From Trichodesmium erythraeum IMS101 (GTDB taxonomy: Bacteria > Cyanobacteriota > Cyanobacteriia > Cyanobacteriales > Microcoleaceae), in assembly GCF_000014265.1 (NCBI RefSeq), contig NC_008312.1:6540001-6572000 (forward strand): 32,000 bases of DNA, given 5' to 3'. Both the position numbers and the translations under genes were made by a program. Positions 1 through 8,819 of this stretch are shown here, in pieces (the stretch's first letter is position 1; the number at the start of each line of letters is the position of its first letter). The notes beneath the pieces were generated by a model. The model saw nothing but the letters and a program-made list of their open reading frames with translations, ran no database searches and was not told the origin of the DNA.

Positions 1-2760
1 CCTGTGAAATTATTAAATCAACAGGTTTATTATGAACATGGAGGTAATCCTTTTAAGGGGTTGCATCGCTGGTATTCTCGTAAACCTTTATCGTTTTCAA
101 GAGCTTCGGTTTTAGCTTCTTTATTGCCTGATGATATTTCTGTAGAAGAGTTTGAGTATTTATTAGGGTTGAAAAAGCGGAGCAATTCTATTCAAAAAAG
201 TGAACAGTATAAAGATGATACTAGGCTTTATAAAATTCCTCCTGATGAAACAAGAATTAAGCAGGTACATGACTACTGTGAGAAAACCTGGGGGACGAGA
301 ACACCTACTATTTTGGATGCGTTCGGTGGTGGTGGGAGTATTCCTTTTGAAGCAGCGCGGTATGGGTTGAATGTTTTGGCATCAGATTTGAATCCGGTGG
401 CAGTGGTGACAATGAAAGCAGCGATGGAATATCCTTTGAAATTCGGACCTGACTTGCAGCAGGATATTGATAAGTGGGTGCAGTGGGTAGAGGATGAGGC
501 AGAGAAACGGTTAGCTGAGTTTTTCCCGTCGTTGCCAGGGGAAACGGTGCAGAATTATTTGTGGGCCCATACGGTGGTTTGTCCGAGTTGTCAGTCGGTT
601 GTGCCTTTGAGTCCGAATTGGTGGTTATACAAACGCCCGGAAAAGCAGAATTTACATAAATGGTGTGCGGTGAAACCTATTCCTAATCTTGAAGGGAAGC
701 GGGTTGATTTTGAGTTGATAAAAGGAAGTAAGGGAAAGGGTACGACTATTAAGACTGATGAGGGTGAGTTCGACCCGAATGATTACAACACTATTAGTAG
801 GGGTGTGGGTAAATGTCCGAATTGTGGTAGCGTGATTGAGGATGATGCAATTAAATCTCAGGCACGGTCAGGAAAGCTTGGGCATCAAATGTATGCAGTG
901 GCATTTAAAAAAGGTAAGGGAAGTTTAGAGTTTAGATTACCTCAAAATGTTGACTTTGATGGATTGGGTAAAACTGATTATTATTTGAATAGTAGTTTTG
1001 AGGAATTTCAATTAAGTGGTTTATTACCAGAAATCGAAATTAACTCTGGTGAGAAAACAGACGAACTTATTAGATATGGAATTAACCAATGGTCAAAATT
1101 ATTTAATCCCCGTCAACTTCTAACCCTTGTCACTTATGTCGAAATTATTAACGATGTTAAGTTACAATTACAAGCAGAATATGAACCCGATAAAGTAGAG
1201 GCGATCGCTACTTATTTGACTTTGCTCCTAGAGCGGTGCATTGATAAAAATTCACGTTTATCTTGTTGGGATTCTTCGGTTGCAGTTGCTCAAAAGGCTT
1301 CTGTACAACACTCACTCAACTTGATGTGGAATTACCCAGAATTTAGCGGTAATGGAAAATTATGGAATTGGTGTTCCGATGTTACTTCAAATTACCAAAA
1401 GCTTTGTGCATTATTCAACTCTAAACCCCTACCTATTGACACCCAACAACACAACAAAACAATTCAAATAGACTCCGCATCAGCAGACACCCTCTACCAC
1501 ATCAGCGATAACTCAGTAGATGCCATCATCACCGACCCGCCCTACTACGCCACCATTCAATACGCCGAACTATCGGACTTTTTCTACGTCTGGCAGCGCC
1601 GAGTCTTAGGCGATATCTTCCCCGACCTCTACTTAACCGAACTCACCGACAAAGACAGAGAAGCAGTTGCCAACCCCTCCCGCTTCCGCAACATGGGAAC
1701 ATCCCCCGATGAACTTGCAAACCAAGACTACGAAGCAAAAATTGCACTCGCCTTTGCCGAACATTACCGAGTCTTGCGCGACGACGGCGTAATGACGGTA
1801 CAATTTAACCACAAAGAGTCCGGCGCGTGGGATGTCTTAGCAAAATCTCTCATTGACGCTGGTTTTGAAATCACCGCATCTTGGGCAGTCAGTACTGAAA
1901 ACCCCCAAAACCTCCATCAAGCTAAGAAAAATTCTGTTTCCAGCACCGTCTTACTTGTCTGTCGCAAACGTGACCCCAACGCCCCTCAAGCATGGTGGGA
2001 TGACCTGCAACCAGAAGTTGCCAACCAAGTAGAGGAACGCGCCCCCGACTTTGAAAAAAATGACATCACGGGAATTGACCTATATCTCAGCGCATTCGGC
2101 CCAGCATTAAACGTATTCAGTCGTTCCTATCCCATATTAGACAACAGTGGAGTAGAAGTCCGCCCCGAAGTCGCCTTTGCTGAAGCTAGAAAAGCGATCG
2201 CTAACTACCGCTTCCAGAAACTTGTACAAACAGACACAGCAGGCTTTGATATTTTGACCCAATGGTATTTATTAGCTTGGGATGCTTTCAGTGCCAGGGA
2301 GTTCCCCTTTGATGAAGCCAGACAACTTGCCCTAGCCATAGGAGGTTTCAACGTCAACGACCTGGTTAAAGTTCACAAATTATTAGACTCAACGAGTGGC
2401 ACTTGCAAATTATTAACACCCCGACAACGACTGAAAAAACGAGCATTTTCGGTCACTCCACAAGATTTTTCTAGTCAATATTTAGTAGATGACATTCATG
2501 CTATTATTGCTATTTATCAAGAAGAGGAAAATGTAGAAGTAGTCCGTCGGTTTATGGAAAAAACAGGATTATTAAGCAATGAAATGTTTATGCAAACTAT
2601 TGAAGTAGCATTAAAAGTAATTCCCGATAAAATAGAAGAGGAACAAACCTTGATGAATTTGTGTTTAATGATGGATGAAATTAAAGATAATGTCAGTACC
2701 CAAGGGAAACAATTAGAATTATTTGAACAGCAGTTAAGCTTAGATTTTGGAGATGTTTAA
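1..2760 (+). CDS. DNA methyltransferase of the DUF1156 / COG1743 type (Zn-ribbon-containing, DPPY catalytic motif); 5' end probably lies upstream of the window
   Basis: Frame 1 is open from base 1 (cct gtg aaa...), so the GTG at 4 is probably internal. GLHRWYSRKPLSFSRA resembles the DUF1156 H-x-WWARRP signature as I remember it. Motif I is DAFGGGGSIPFEAARYG (aa ~105). Cys pairs CPSC...CPNCG (aa ~193-276) form an inserted Zn ribbon. Motif IV is ITDPPYY (aa ~510). Confidence 0.85.
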   Translation, partial: PVKLLNQQVYYEHGGNPFKGLHRWYSRKPLSFSRASVLASLLPDDISVEEFEYLLGLKKRSNSIQKSEQYKDDTRLYKIPPDETRIKQVHDYCEKTWGTRTPTILDAFGGGGSIPFEAARYGLNVLASDLNPVAVVTMKAAMEYPLKFGPDLQQDIDKWVQWVEDEAEKRLAEFFPSLPGETVQNYLWAHTVVCPSCQSVVPLSPNWWLYKRPEKQNLHKWCAVKPIPNLEGKRVDFELIKGSKGKGTTIKTDEGEFDPNDYNTISRGVGKCPNCGSVIEDDAIKSQARSGKLGHQMYAVAFKKGKGSLEFRLPQNVDFDGLGKTDYYLNSSFEEFQLSGLLPEIEINSGEKTDELIRYGINQWSKLFNPRQLLTLVTYVEIINDVKLQLQAEYEPDKVEAIATYLTLLLERCIDKNSRLSCWDSSVAVAQKASVQHSLNLMWNYPEFSGNGKLWNWCSDVTSNYQKLCALFNSKPLPIDTQQHNKTIQIDSASADTLYHISDNSVDAIITDPPYYATIQYAELSDFFYVWQRRVLGDIFPDLYLTELTDKDREAVANPSRFRNMGTSPDELANQDYEAKIALAFAEHYRVLRDDGVMTVQFNHKESGAWDVLAKSLIDAGFEITASWAVSTENPQNLHQAKKNSVSSTVLLVCRKRDPNAPQAWWDDLQPEVANQVEERAPDFEKNDITGIDLYLSAFGPALNVFSRSYPILDNSGVEVRPEVAFAEARKAIANYRFQKLVQTDTAGFDILTQWYLLAWDAFSAREFPFDEARQLALAIGGFNVNDLVKVHKLLDSTSGTCKLLTPRQRLKKRAFSVTPQDFSSQYLVDDIHAIIAIYQEEENVEVVRRFMEKTGLLSNEMFMQTIEVALKVIPDKIEEEQTLMNLCLMMDEIKDNVSTQGKQLELFEQQLSLDFGDV

Positions 2761-2776
2761 ATAGCAATTTATAGTT

Positions 2777-2809
2777 AAAACTTCTACATTCAAAACTAAT
2801 AGAAGTTTT
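2777..2809 (+). terminator. hairpin between methyltransferase and helicase genes (possible weak terminator/attenuator)
   Basis: aaaacttcta (2777-2786) pairs perfectly with tagaagtttt (2800-2809). The loop is 13 nt. The stem is A/U-rich and the T-run is part of the stem. Confidence 0.3.
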
Positions 2810-2892
2810 ATCAGTAAAATTGCAGAGATAAAAGCCAACATAGACATTAAATTAATTCCCATAACTGATAATTGATAACTAATAACTGAAAA

Positions 2893-5800
2893 ATGCCTAA
2901 CTTCCGTTCCCATTATTGGTCTATTAGCTACTCCAGCAATGAAAATAATCCTATTGCTGACTTCTATATCCCAGCCTTAGAATGTGCTATTCAATATGAT
3001 AGAAAATCTGGTTTTTTTAGTAGTGCTATTCTCAGTAAAGTAACCAGAGGATTAGGAGCAATGCTTCAAAATGAAGGTAAAATACGTCTGATTATGGGAT
3101 GTCAATTTAACCCTCAAGATTTAGAAACCATTCAAAAAGGTTATGAGTTGAGAAAAGCTCTAACCCTTCGTCTTGATGCTGACTTAAAACCACCAGAAAA
3201 TTTTGCCCAGCTCAAACATTTTGAAATTCTTAGTTGGTTAATTTCTACAGGTTATTTAGATATTAAAATTGCCATTCCTCTTAAAAATAACGGACTGCCA
3301 GAAGCAAGCGATCAACAATTAGACCCCCAACATATTTTCCATGAAAAAGTTGGAATTTTTACGGATAAAAATGGCGACCAAATAGCCTTTAGTGGTTCTA
3401 ATAATGAATCATTAGGAGGATGGGAACAAAACGTAGAATCGTTTCATGTTTATTGTGCTTGGGAAGGAGAAAGAGACTTTGATAGAGTACAAGAAGAAGT
3501 ATATAGATTTGAGAAACTTTGGCATAATTTAGCTCCTAATGTGAAAGTATTTAATATTCCAGAAGCCGTTGCAGAAAAACTTTTACGTTATACTCCCTCT
3601 ACTAAACCCACTTGGAATGAAAAAGTTGAATTTGACACAAGACCATTACCATCAAAACTATCATATTTTTCTGACAACAAATCCGAGGAAAAAGAGGAAA
3701 GTAAAAACATATTTTCTACAGATAATATTGTCGAGAAAACCATCACAAATATCTCAGAAGCAGACAAAGAAAAAGAACTTCAAGCTTTTAATATTATCAT
3801 AAATTCTCATCAACATCCTGGTTGCCTAGACTACTGCTTACAATCCATCACAATCGACCCTTGGCCTCATCAAATAAAAATTCTTAAACAAGTTGCTAAA
3901 AAATTCCCCTGTAACTTTCTCATAGCAGATGAAGTTGGATTAGGAAAAACAATTGAAACAGGTTTAATCTTACGTTATTTACTCCTCACAAAAGCCATCC
4001 AACGAGTTTTAGTATTAGCACCAGCTAGCGTTCAACCACAATGGCAAGAAGAACTCAGAGAAAAATTTAATCTGCACTTTTGGAGTTACAACAAAGGAGA
4101 ATTTAAAGACCCCTACGATAACACTTCAACTATTAACAAAACTAACCCTTGGAACAGTCATAAACTAATATTAGCATCCTCCCATTTAGTCAGACGTGCT
4201 GAGAGAATGACAGAAATATTAGCAGCAGAAAAATGGGATTTAATTATTTTAGATGAAGCTCATCATGCTCGTCGCCAAGCCCCCCAAAATAGGAAAGAAA
4301 CCCCTAACTCTCTCTTGAAATTAATGCAGCAGTTACGAGAAAAAACTAAATCTTTAATCCTATTATCTGCCACTCCTATGCAAATAGATCCTATCGAAGT
4401 ATTTGACTTATTAGAACTTTTAGGATTAAAAGGACATTGGAGTTATGGGGATAATTTTTGTAACTATTTTGCCTCTTTATCAGGTAAACCAGACGAGCAT
4501 ACTTTCAATTTTTGGCAGGTAATGACTACAGATTATTTTAGACTAGGAGGAGTACCTTCCTCTCAGTTTGCATCCTATCTAAATAAAAGCGATCGCTTAA
4601 TGTCCTACCGCCTCCGAGATATTTGGCAACAAGGGAAAAAAATAGTTAATCATAAAAAACTAGCACAGGATAAACCCTTTGTGAATACTTCCCGCCAATA
4701 CCTAACTATTAATACTCCCCTCAAAGACTTGATGTTTCGTCACACCCGGGACACCTTACGTCAATATTATCGCCGTGGAATTCTCAATAGAGATATTCCC
4801 AAACGAGTTGTACAGGATAAAGCCATTATATTAGAACCCAACAGAGAAGTACAATTATATGTAGAAGTTAGTGACTATGTACGTCATTTCTATAAATTAG
4901 CTCAAAAAGAAAATCGTCAGGCGCTAGGTTTTCTAATGACTCTTTACCGCAAACGTCTCACCAGCTCGTTTTTTGCAATTCGGGAGTCATTGCAACGTCG
5001 TTTGGATGGTATTAGTATTACCGCTGACGACTTGGGAGACTTAGATGATGCTGACGATGCTATTATTACAGGATTAGAAAGTTATTGCCAAACTGAAACT
5101 GTAGACCCCCAGGAAATTGAATATTTAGAAAGTCTATTGTTGCAGTTTGAAAATACTGGTGAAGATACTAAACTATCTCACTTCATCACAACTTTAAGAA
5201 CAGAATTAATAGATAGAGACAGTGTAATTATATTTACCCAATATACCGACACAATGGATTATTTACGACGGACTTTAAAAGATTTATATGGTAGTCAAAT
5301 TGCCTGTTATTCTGGACGCGGTGGAGAAGTTTATCAAGATCAAAAATGGTGTCTAGTTCCTAAAGAGAAAATCAAACAAAAATTTCGAGCTGGAAGTATA
5401 AAAATATTATTATGTACTGAGTCAGCATCCGAAGGTTTAAACTTACAAACCTGTGGAGTAATTATTAATTATGATATGCCTTGGAACCCAATGCGAGTTG
5501 AACAGAGAATTGGTAGATTAGATAGAATAGGTCAATTTTATCCCACTGTGAGAATTTATAACTTTTATTATGATGGAACAGTAGAAGCTAAAGTTTATAA
5601 AAAACTGCGCGATCGTATTGATACTTTTCAAAATATAGTAGGCAACCTTCAACCTATTTTAGCCAAAGTTCCTACTTTTATAGAGAAAGCAGTTATGAGT
5701 GCCGACCCTGAAGAAGAAAATGTATTAATGTCTGATTTTGATAAAAATGTGTTAAATACTCCTCCATTAAGACCTGCTTTAGATGAGATGGTAGCCATGG

Positions 5801-6090
5801 ATGTAGAGACAGACTTGACGGAAATTAGACAACCGCTAATTCCTACAAATTTATCTGCTGAACTAATAGAAAACTTATTTACTGATTCGTTACTATTAAA
5901 ATTATCAGGGATAAAATTTACATTTTTAGAGGATAAATTGTGGCAGTTAAACTATCAAAATAGTAATTATCAAGTAACATTTGATGTGAATGTTTTTGAG
6001 GGTAAACCATCTGTAAGATTTATGAGCTTTGGAGAACCTTTATTTGAAGAATTGTTAGGGTTAATAATGAATAATAGCAGCAACCTTTAA
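2893..6090 (+). CDS. PLD-family nuclease domain fused to SNF2-family helicase (DISARM DrmD/DrmC-like or Hma-like helicase component)
   Basis: PLD HxK(x)4D(x)6GSxN motif: HEKVGIFTDKNGDQIAFSGSNN (aa ~149-171). Helicase motifs: ADEVGLGKT (I), ILDEAHHAR (II, DEAH), LLSATPMQ (III), ILLCTESASEGLNLQ, VEQRIGRLDRIGQ (VI). Same strand as the methyltransferase gene and 132 nt after it. Confidence 0.9.
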   Translation: MPNFRSHYWSISYSSNENNPIADFYIPALECAIQYDRKSGFFSSAILSKVTRGLGAMLQNEGKIRLIMGCQFNPQDLETIQKGYELRKALTLRLDADLKPPENFAQLKHFEILSWLISTGYLDIKIAIPLKNNGLPEASDQQLDPQHIFHEKVGIFTDKNGDQIAFSGSNNESLGGWEQNVESFHVYCAWEGERDFDRVQEEVYRFEKLWHNLAPNVKVFNIPEAVAEKLLRYTPSTKPTWNEKVEFDTRPLPSKLSYFSDNKSEEKEESKNIFSTDNIVEKTITNISEADKEKELQAFNIIINSHQHPGCLDYCLQSITIDPWPHQIKILKQVAKKFPCNFLIADEVGLGKTIETGLILRYLLLTKAIQRVLVLAPASVQPQWQEELREKFNLHFWSYNKGEFKDPYDNTSTINKTNPWNSHKLILASSHLVRRAERMTEILAAEKWDLIILDEAHHARRQAPQNRKETPNSLLKLMQQLREKTKSLILLSATPMQIDPIEVFDLLELLGLKGHWSYGDNFCNYFASLSGKPDEHTFNFWQVMTTDYFRLGGVPSSQFASYLNKSDRLMSYRLRDIWQQGKKIVNHKKLAQDKPFVNTSRQYLTINTPLKDLMFRHTRDTLRQYYRRGILNRDIPKRVVQDKAIILEPNREVQLYVEVSDYVRHFYKLAQKENRQALGFLMTLYRKRLTSSFFAIRESLQRRLDGISITADDLGDLDDADDAIITGLESYCQTETVDPQEIEYLESLLLQFENTGEDTKLSHFITTLRTELIDRDSVIIFTQYTDTMDYLRRTLKDLYGSQIACYSGRGGEVYQDQKWCLVPKEKIKQKFRAGSIKILLCTESASEGLNLQTCGVIINYDMPWNPMRVEQRIGRLDRIGQFYPTVRIYNFYYDGTVEAKVYKKLRDRIDTFQNIVGNLQPILAKVPTFIEKAVMSADPEEENVLMSDFDKNVLNTPPLRPALDEMVAMDVETDLTEIRQPLIPTNLSAELIENLFTDSLLLKLSGIKFTFLEDKLWQLNYQNSNYQVTFDVNVFEGKPSVRFMSFGEPLFEELLGLIMNNSSNL

Positions 6091-6220
6091 CTAATTATCA
6101 ATTAAATCTCCTAATAAATCACTTATATCCCCTGTGCTTTGTTTAAATTATCATCACAAATTATCAAAGTTTTCGGGTTAGCATGATGAGAAAATCCTGA
6201 GTTTTTCTAATATTACCACT

Positions 6221-6421
6221 ATGTCGTCTTGGAAAGAGGTAGAAACTGCTTACGAGGATCTTTCCCCTCATTGGGGAGGCGAAAACCGTCGTCAACACGA
6301 ACAGCTATGGTTACCTGTGCAAGAACAAATAAAAAATTATCTAAATCGTCAAAGTCCTTCCTATACAGATTTTTTAAACTATAAATTACAAGTATTAAAG
6401 AGGTATTTAAGCGGTGGATAA
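6221..6421 (+). CDS. small helical protein with W-G-G (WXG-like) motif, hypothetical
   Basis: 66 aa with an ATG start. The stop overlaps the next start by 8 nt (GTGGATAA), suggesting translational coupling. HWGGENRRQ at aa 17-25. Confidence 0.5.
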   Translation: MSSWKEVETAYEDLSPHWGGENRRQHEQLWLPVQEQIKNYLNRQSPSYTDFLNYKLQVLKRYLSGG

Positions 6422-6659
6422 TTCTCTGAAAAATGCACTTTTATCCTATGAAACTGCCTTAAATCAGCATTTGCTGGTTCTTAAGGAAGAATTTGAGATG
6501 CTAGAAACAGCATGGCGATCGCTAAATGATGTCTATGAAGGATCAGCAGCAGAAGATTTCAAAGAAGTTTGGACAAAAACCATGGCCGATTTTGAAGATT
6601 CTGTTGGCAAGATAGAAACAATACTTTATTTTATCCGAGAAATCACTGAAAATGCCTAA
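6414..6659 (+). CDS. WXG100 (ESAT-6/EsxA)-like small helical hairpin protein, hypothetical
   Basis: 81 aa. The central VYEGSAAEDFKEVW matches the [W/Y]-x-G-x-A-x-x-x-F hairpin motif of WXG100 proteins (compare S. aureus EsxA NWEGQAFSRFEEQF). It is flanked by two ~35-aa helical stretches. The C-terminal YFIRE fits Y-x-x-x-[DE]. Confidence 0.6.
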   Translation: MDNSLKNALLSYETALNQHLLVLKEEFEMLETAWRSLNDVYEGSAAEDFKEVWTKTMADFEDSVGKIETILYFIREITENA

Positions 6660-6669
6660 TTGATTTAAT

Positions 6670-7671
6670 ATGACCATTCAAGATCCCCGTATTCTCATTA
6701 TCCTGCTCAATGACTTACTTGAAGAACTCAAACGGTGGACAATTACCACCCGTGAGACTTCAACTGATATGTCATGGTATCAAAATCAAGCAGAAGAAAA
6801 AGTTATACAAGCTCAATATAATGCTGCAATTATTCAAGATCAGGCAAGCAATGATCAAAAAGCAGTCGATCAGGCTAATGATGAAGTCGCTCAATTGTTG
6901 TCTAATTGTTATCAAGGGTTGGAAAATGCTCAACAAAATTTAAGACAAGCAGAAAACAGTGAACATCAGGCGCAATCAACCTTAAAGAATTGGCAAACTG
7001 AGTTAAATCTTGCGCTGGCTTGGTTAGAAAAAGCAGAAGCTAGATTACAATGCGCTATAGAGGAAAGAAAAAAAGCAGAAATTGATGTACGCAACGCAGA
7101 ATTAGAATTACAGAACGCACAAGTGGCCCTCAGCCTTTGCCAAAATTCTGGTTCTACTGATGATAAGGGGCGATATCATGCCCCAAATTGCTATCGTCAG
7201 GAAGCAAGAGTGATTCGAGCAAAAAATGCGTGTAAAGATGCTATTCAATCTTTAAATCAAGCCATTGAAGAAGAAGCGGGAGCAAGGGATGAATTGGCCC
7301 AAGCACAAGTAAGGGTAAATTGTTGTCGTAGTGCTGTGGGATATTCTAGACAAGCTGTTCGCACAGCAAATATTGCTTTAAATCATGCTAATTCCGCCCT
7401 CAGTTTTGCCGAACGCAGTTTAGAAAATGCTCATGCTGCCAAACGTGAAGTGGAAAGAGCACAAATTGAAGCAAAAAATGAGCAGGAAATAGCAAATTTA
7501 ATGTCTTTAGCCGTTAATACAGCGCAAAAACTGACAGAAGAAGCTAGAAGTGACTTTAAAGAAGCAGAAAACTTAGGAAACCTTGCCCAACGCCTAGAAG
7601 TAGCAGTTTCCAGAGAATTAGAGGATAGGGTAGAAAGTTTGATTGAGTTAAATCGTCCACCTTTATTTTAA
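6670..7671 (+). CDS. coiled-coil protein, hypothetical (possible LXG/WXG-type helical substrate-like protein)
   Basis: 333 aa, starting 10 nt after the previous stop. Almost entirely Q/A/E/N-rich heptad-like sequence. SWYQNQAEEK (W-x-x-x-x-A) near aa 35. Eight Cys residues. No enzymatic motif seen. Confidence 0.7.
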   Translation: MTIQDPRILIILLNDLLEELKRWTITTRETSTDMSWYQNQAEEKVIQAQYNAAIIQDQASNDQKAVDQANDEVAQLLSNCYQGLENAQQNLRQAENSEHQAQSTLKNWQTELNLALAWLEKAEARLQCAIEERKKAEIDVRNAELELQNAQVALSLCQNSGSTDDKGRYHAPNCYRQEARVIRAKNACKDAIQSLNQAIEEEAGARDELAQAQVRVNCCRSAVGYSRQAVRTANIALNHANSALSFAERSLENAHAAKREVERAQIEAKNEQEIANLMSLAVNTAQKLTEEARSDFKEAENLGNLAQRLEVAVSRELEDRVESLIELNRPPLF

Positions 7672-7692
7672 ACAATTTGGAGAGTAAAACAG

Positions 7693-8094
7693 ATGGAAAT
7701 GGGAGACACCCTTTGGAGAATGAAACAGCGATCGCGCACTTTACAAGAGTATCGTAAAGATATTCGAGGTTCGTGGCAAGATGAGGCAGCAAAAACTCTT
7801 AACCATCGTTATCTTAACCCCCACGAAGATGATGAACAGAAAATGATAGAATTTATGGAAAAACAGGTTCAAGGTTTAGAAAAAGCTAAGAATGAGTTGA
7901 AAAAGGCAAAAGAATACGCTTTAGAAGCCGATCGCTACTCCCAAAAAGTTGAACATTTCTTAGAACGAGAAAAGCAAGAAGTAAAACAAGCTAATCATTC
8001 TTATGATCTGTCTATAGAATATTATGGTTTAACTCAAGCAGAATTGCTTAATATTGACGAATTAATTCAACAAGCTAACCGCAGTTGTGGTTAA
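7693..8094 (+). CDS. small helical protein with WXG-like motif, hypothetical
   Basis: 133 aa, starting 21 nt after the previous stop. GSWQDEAAKTL at aa 26-36, followed by K/E-rich coiled coil. Confidence 0.6.
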   Translation: MEMGDTLWRMKQRSRTLQEYRKDIRGSWQDEAAKTLNHRYLNPHEDDEQKMIEFMEKQVQGLEKAKNELKKAKEYALEADRYSQKVEHFLEREKQEVKQANHSYDLSIEYYGLTQAELLNIDELIQQANRSCG

Positions 8095-8124
8095 CCCAAC
8101 TTATTGCTATATTCAAAGCTATAT

Positions 8125-8727
8125 TCAAACCCTATCAATGACCTGCTTAAAAGACTTAGAAAAGTCATCTGTAGGAACACCCACCATCAATGCCGAATCA
8201 TGCCGTAGATGAATTTCCACATCCCGTTTTCTTTCCAAAAACAGACTCGCTTCCGATAAATGACGGGGTGAGAGAAAATGAACCACCTGATTAGAGGAAC
8301 CTCGCCAACCTTTATTATCATTTAATTGCTCAATATATTGTCCGTCAATGAGAACATCTACTAAAGTCAGAATATCATCAATTGCCTGATCTGATTGACT
8401 TTGCAACTGCTGAAGAGAAAAACCCGTAAAACAAATAATTGAAATCTGACGACCCTGGCGAAGATAGATGAATAATTCCCTCAGAGCGATCGCTTGTAAC
8501 ATTGGTTCTCCTCCTGAAACCGTGACACCTTCAGTACCGGGAACCGACAAAATCATCTCAGCTAACTTTTTTGGCTCTATCAAAGTAGCTTGTGTTTGAG
8601 GTATCCATTCGGGAGAAACACAACCCTTGCAGTTAAAACAGCAACCTTGTACCCAGATCGCAAATCTTTGGCCAGGACCTAAAGTACGAGTAGCAGAACA
8701 TATTTCAGCAATATTGAGTAAAGTCAT
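8125..8727 (-). CDS. radical-SAM activating enzyme of the NrdG / anaerobic RNR-activase-like family (Fer4_12, COG0602-like), orphan
   Basis: 200 aa. N-terminal GPGQRFAIWVQGCCFNCKGCVSPEW carries the CxxxCxxC cluster motif in the NrdG-like context. VTVSGGEPMLQ is the GGEP SAM-binding motif. It is the last gene of the Hsp70 operon. Confidence 0.8.
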   Translation of the reverse strand: MTLLNIAEICSATRTLGPGQRFAIWVQGCCFNCKGCVSPEWIPQTQATLIEPKKLAEMILSVPGTEGVTVSGGEPMLQAIALRELFIYLRQGRQISIICFTGFSLQQLQSQSDQAIDDILTLVDVLIDGQYIEQLNDNKGWRGSSNQVVHFLSPRHLSEASLFLERKRDVEIHLRHDSALMVGVPTDDFSKSFKQVIDRV

Positions 8728-8819
8728 ATCAGTACCTGTACAAAATTAATTGAATATTTAGCATAAGTAGCACCAAAAGCAATTAGCATTTTTGCTTGAT
8801 TTTGTATTCCTGATTCTAA

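Noticed and set aside
3569-3802. Short ORFs nested inside or antisense to long, motif-supported genes. This one, plus 6710-6943, 7556-7792(-), 9634-9828, 10784-11002, 13122-13349, 16128-16415(-), 18868-19113, 18883-19200(-), 25615-25818(-), 25680-25889(-) and 28933-29115(-).
   Set aside because: Each lies in an alternative frame of a longer ORF that has clear family motifs or paralogues. Their sequences are low-complexity (K/N/I/L-rich), as expected of shadow frames in AT-rich DNA.
1-6090. Calling a complete DISARM or BREX system
   Set aside because: No DrmA (helicase) or DrmB (DUF1998) and no PglZ, BrxC or BrxL are in the window. Only a methylase and a PLD-SNF2 fusion are visible, and the module continues beyond the left edge.
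8125-8727. Annotating the radical-SAM gene as housekeeping nrdG
   Set aside because: No nrdD is adjacent, and the gene is embedded in an Hsp70/coiled-coil operon. The family call is kept, but the gene symbol and RNR function are not asserted. A distant nrdD elsewhere cannot be excluded.
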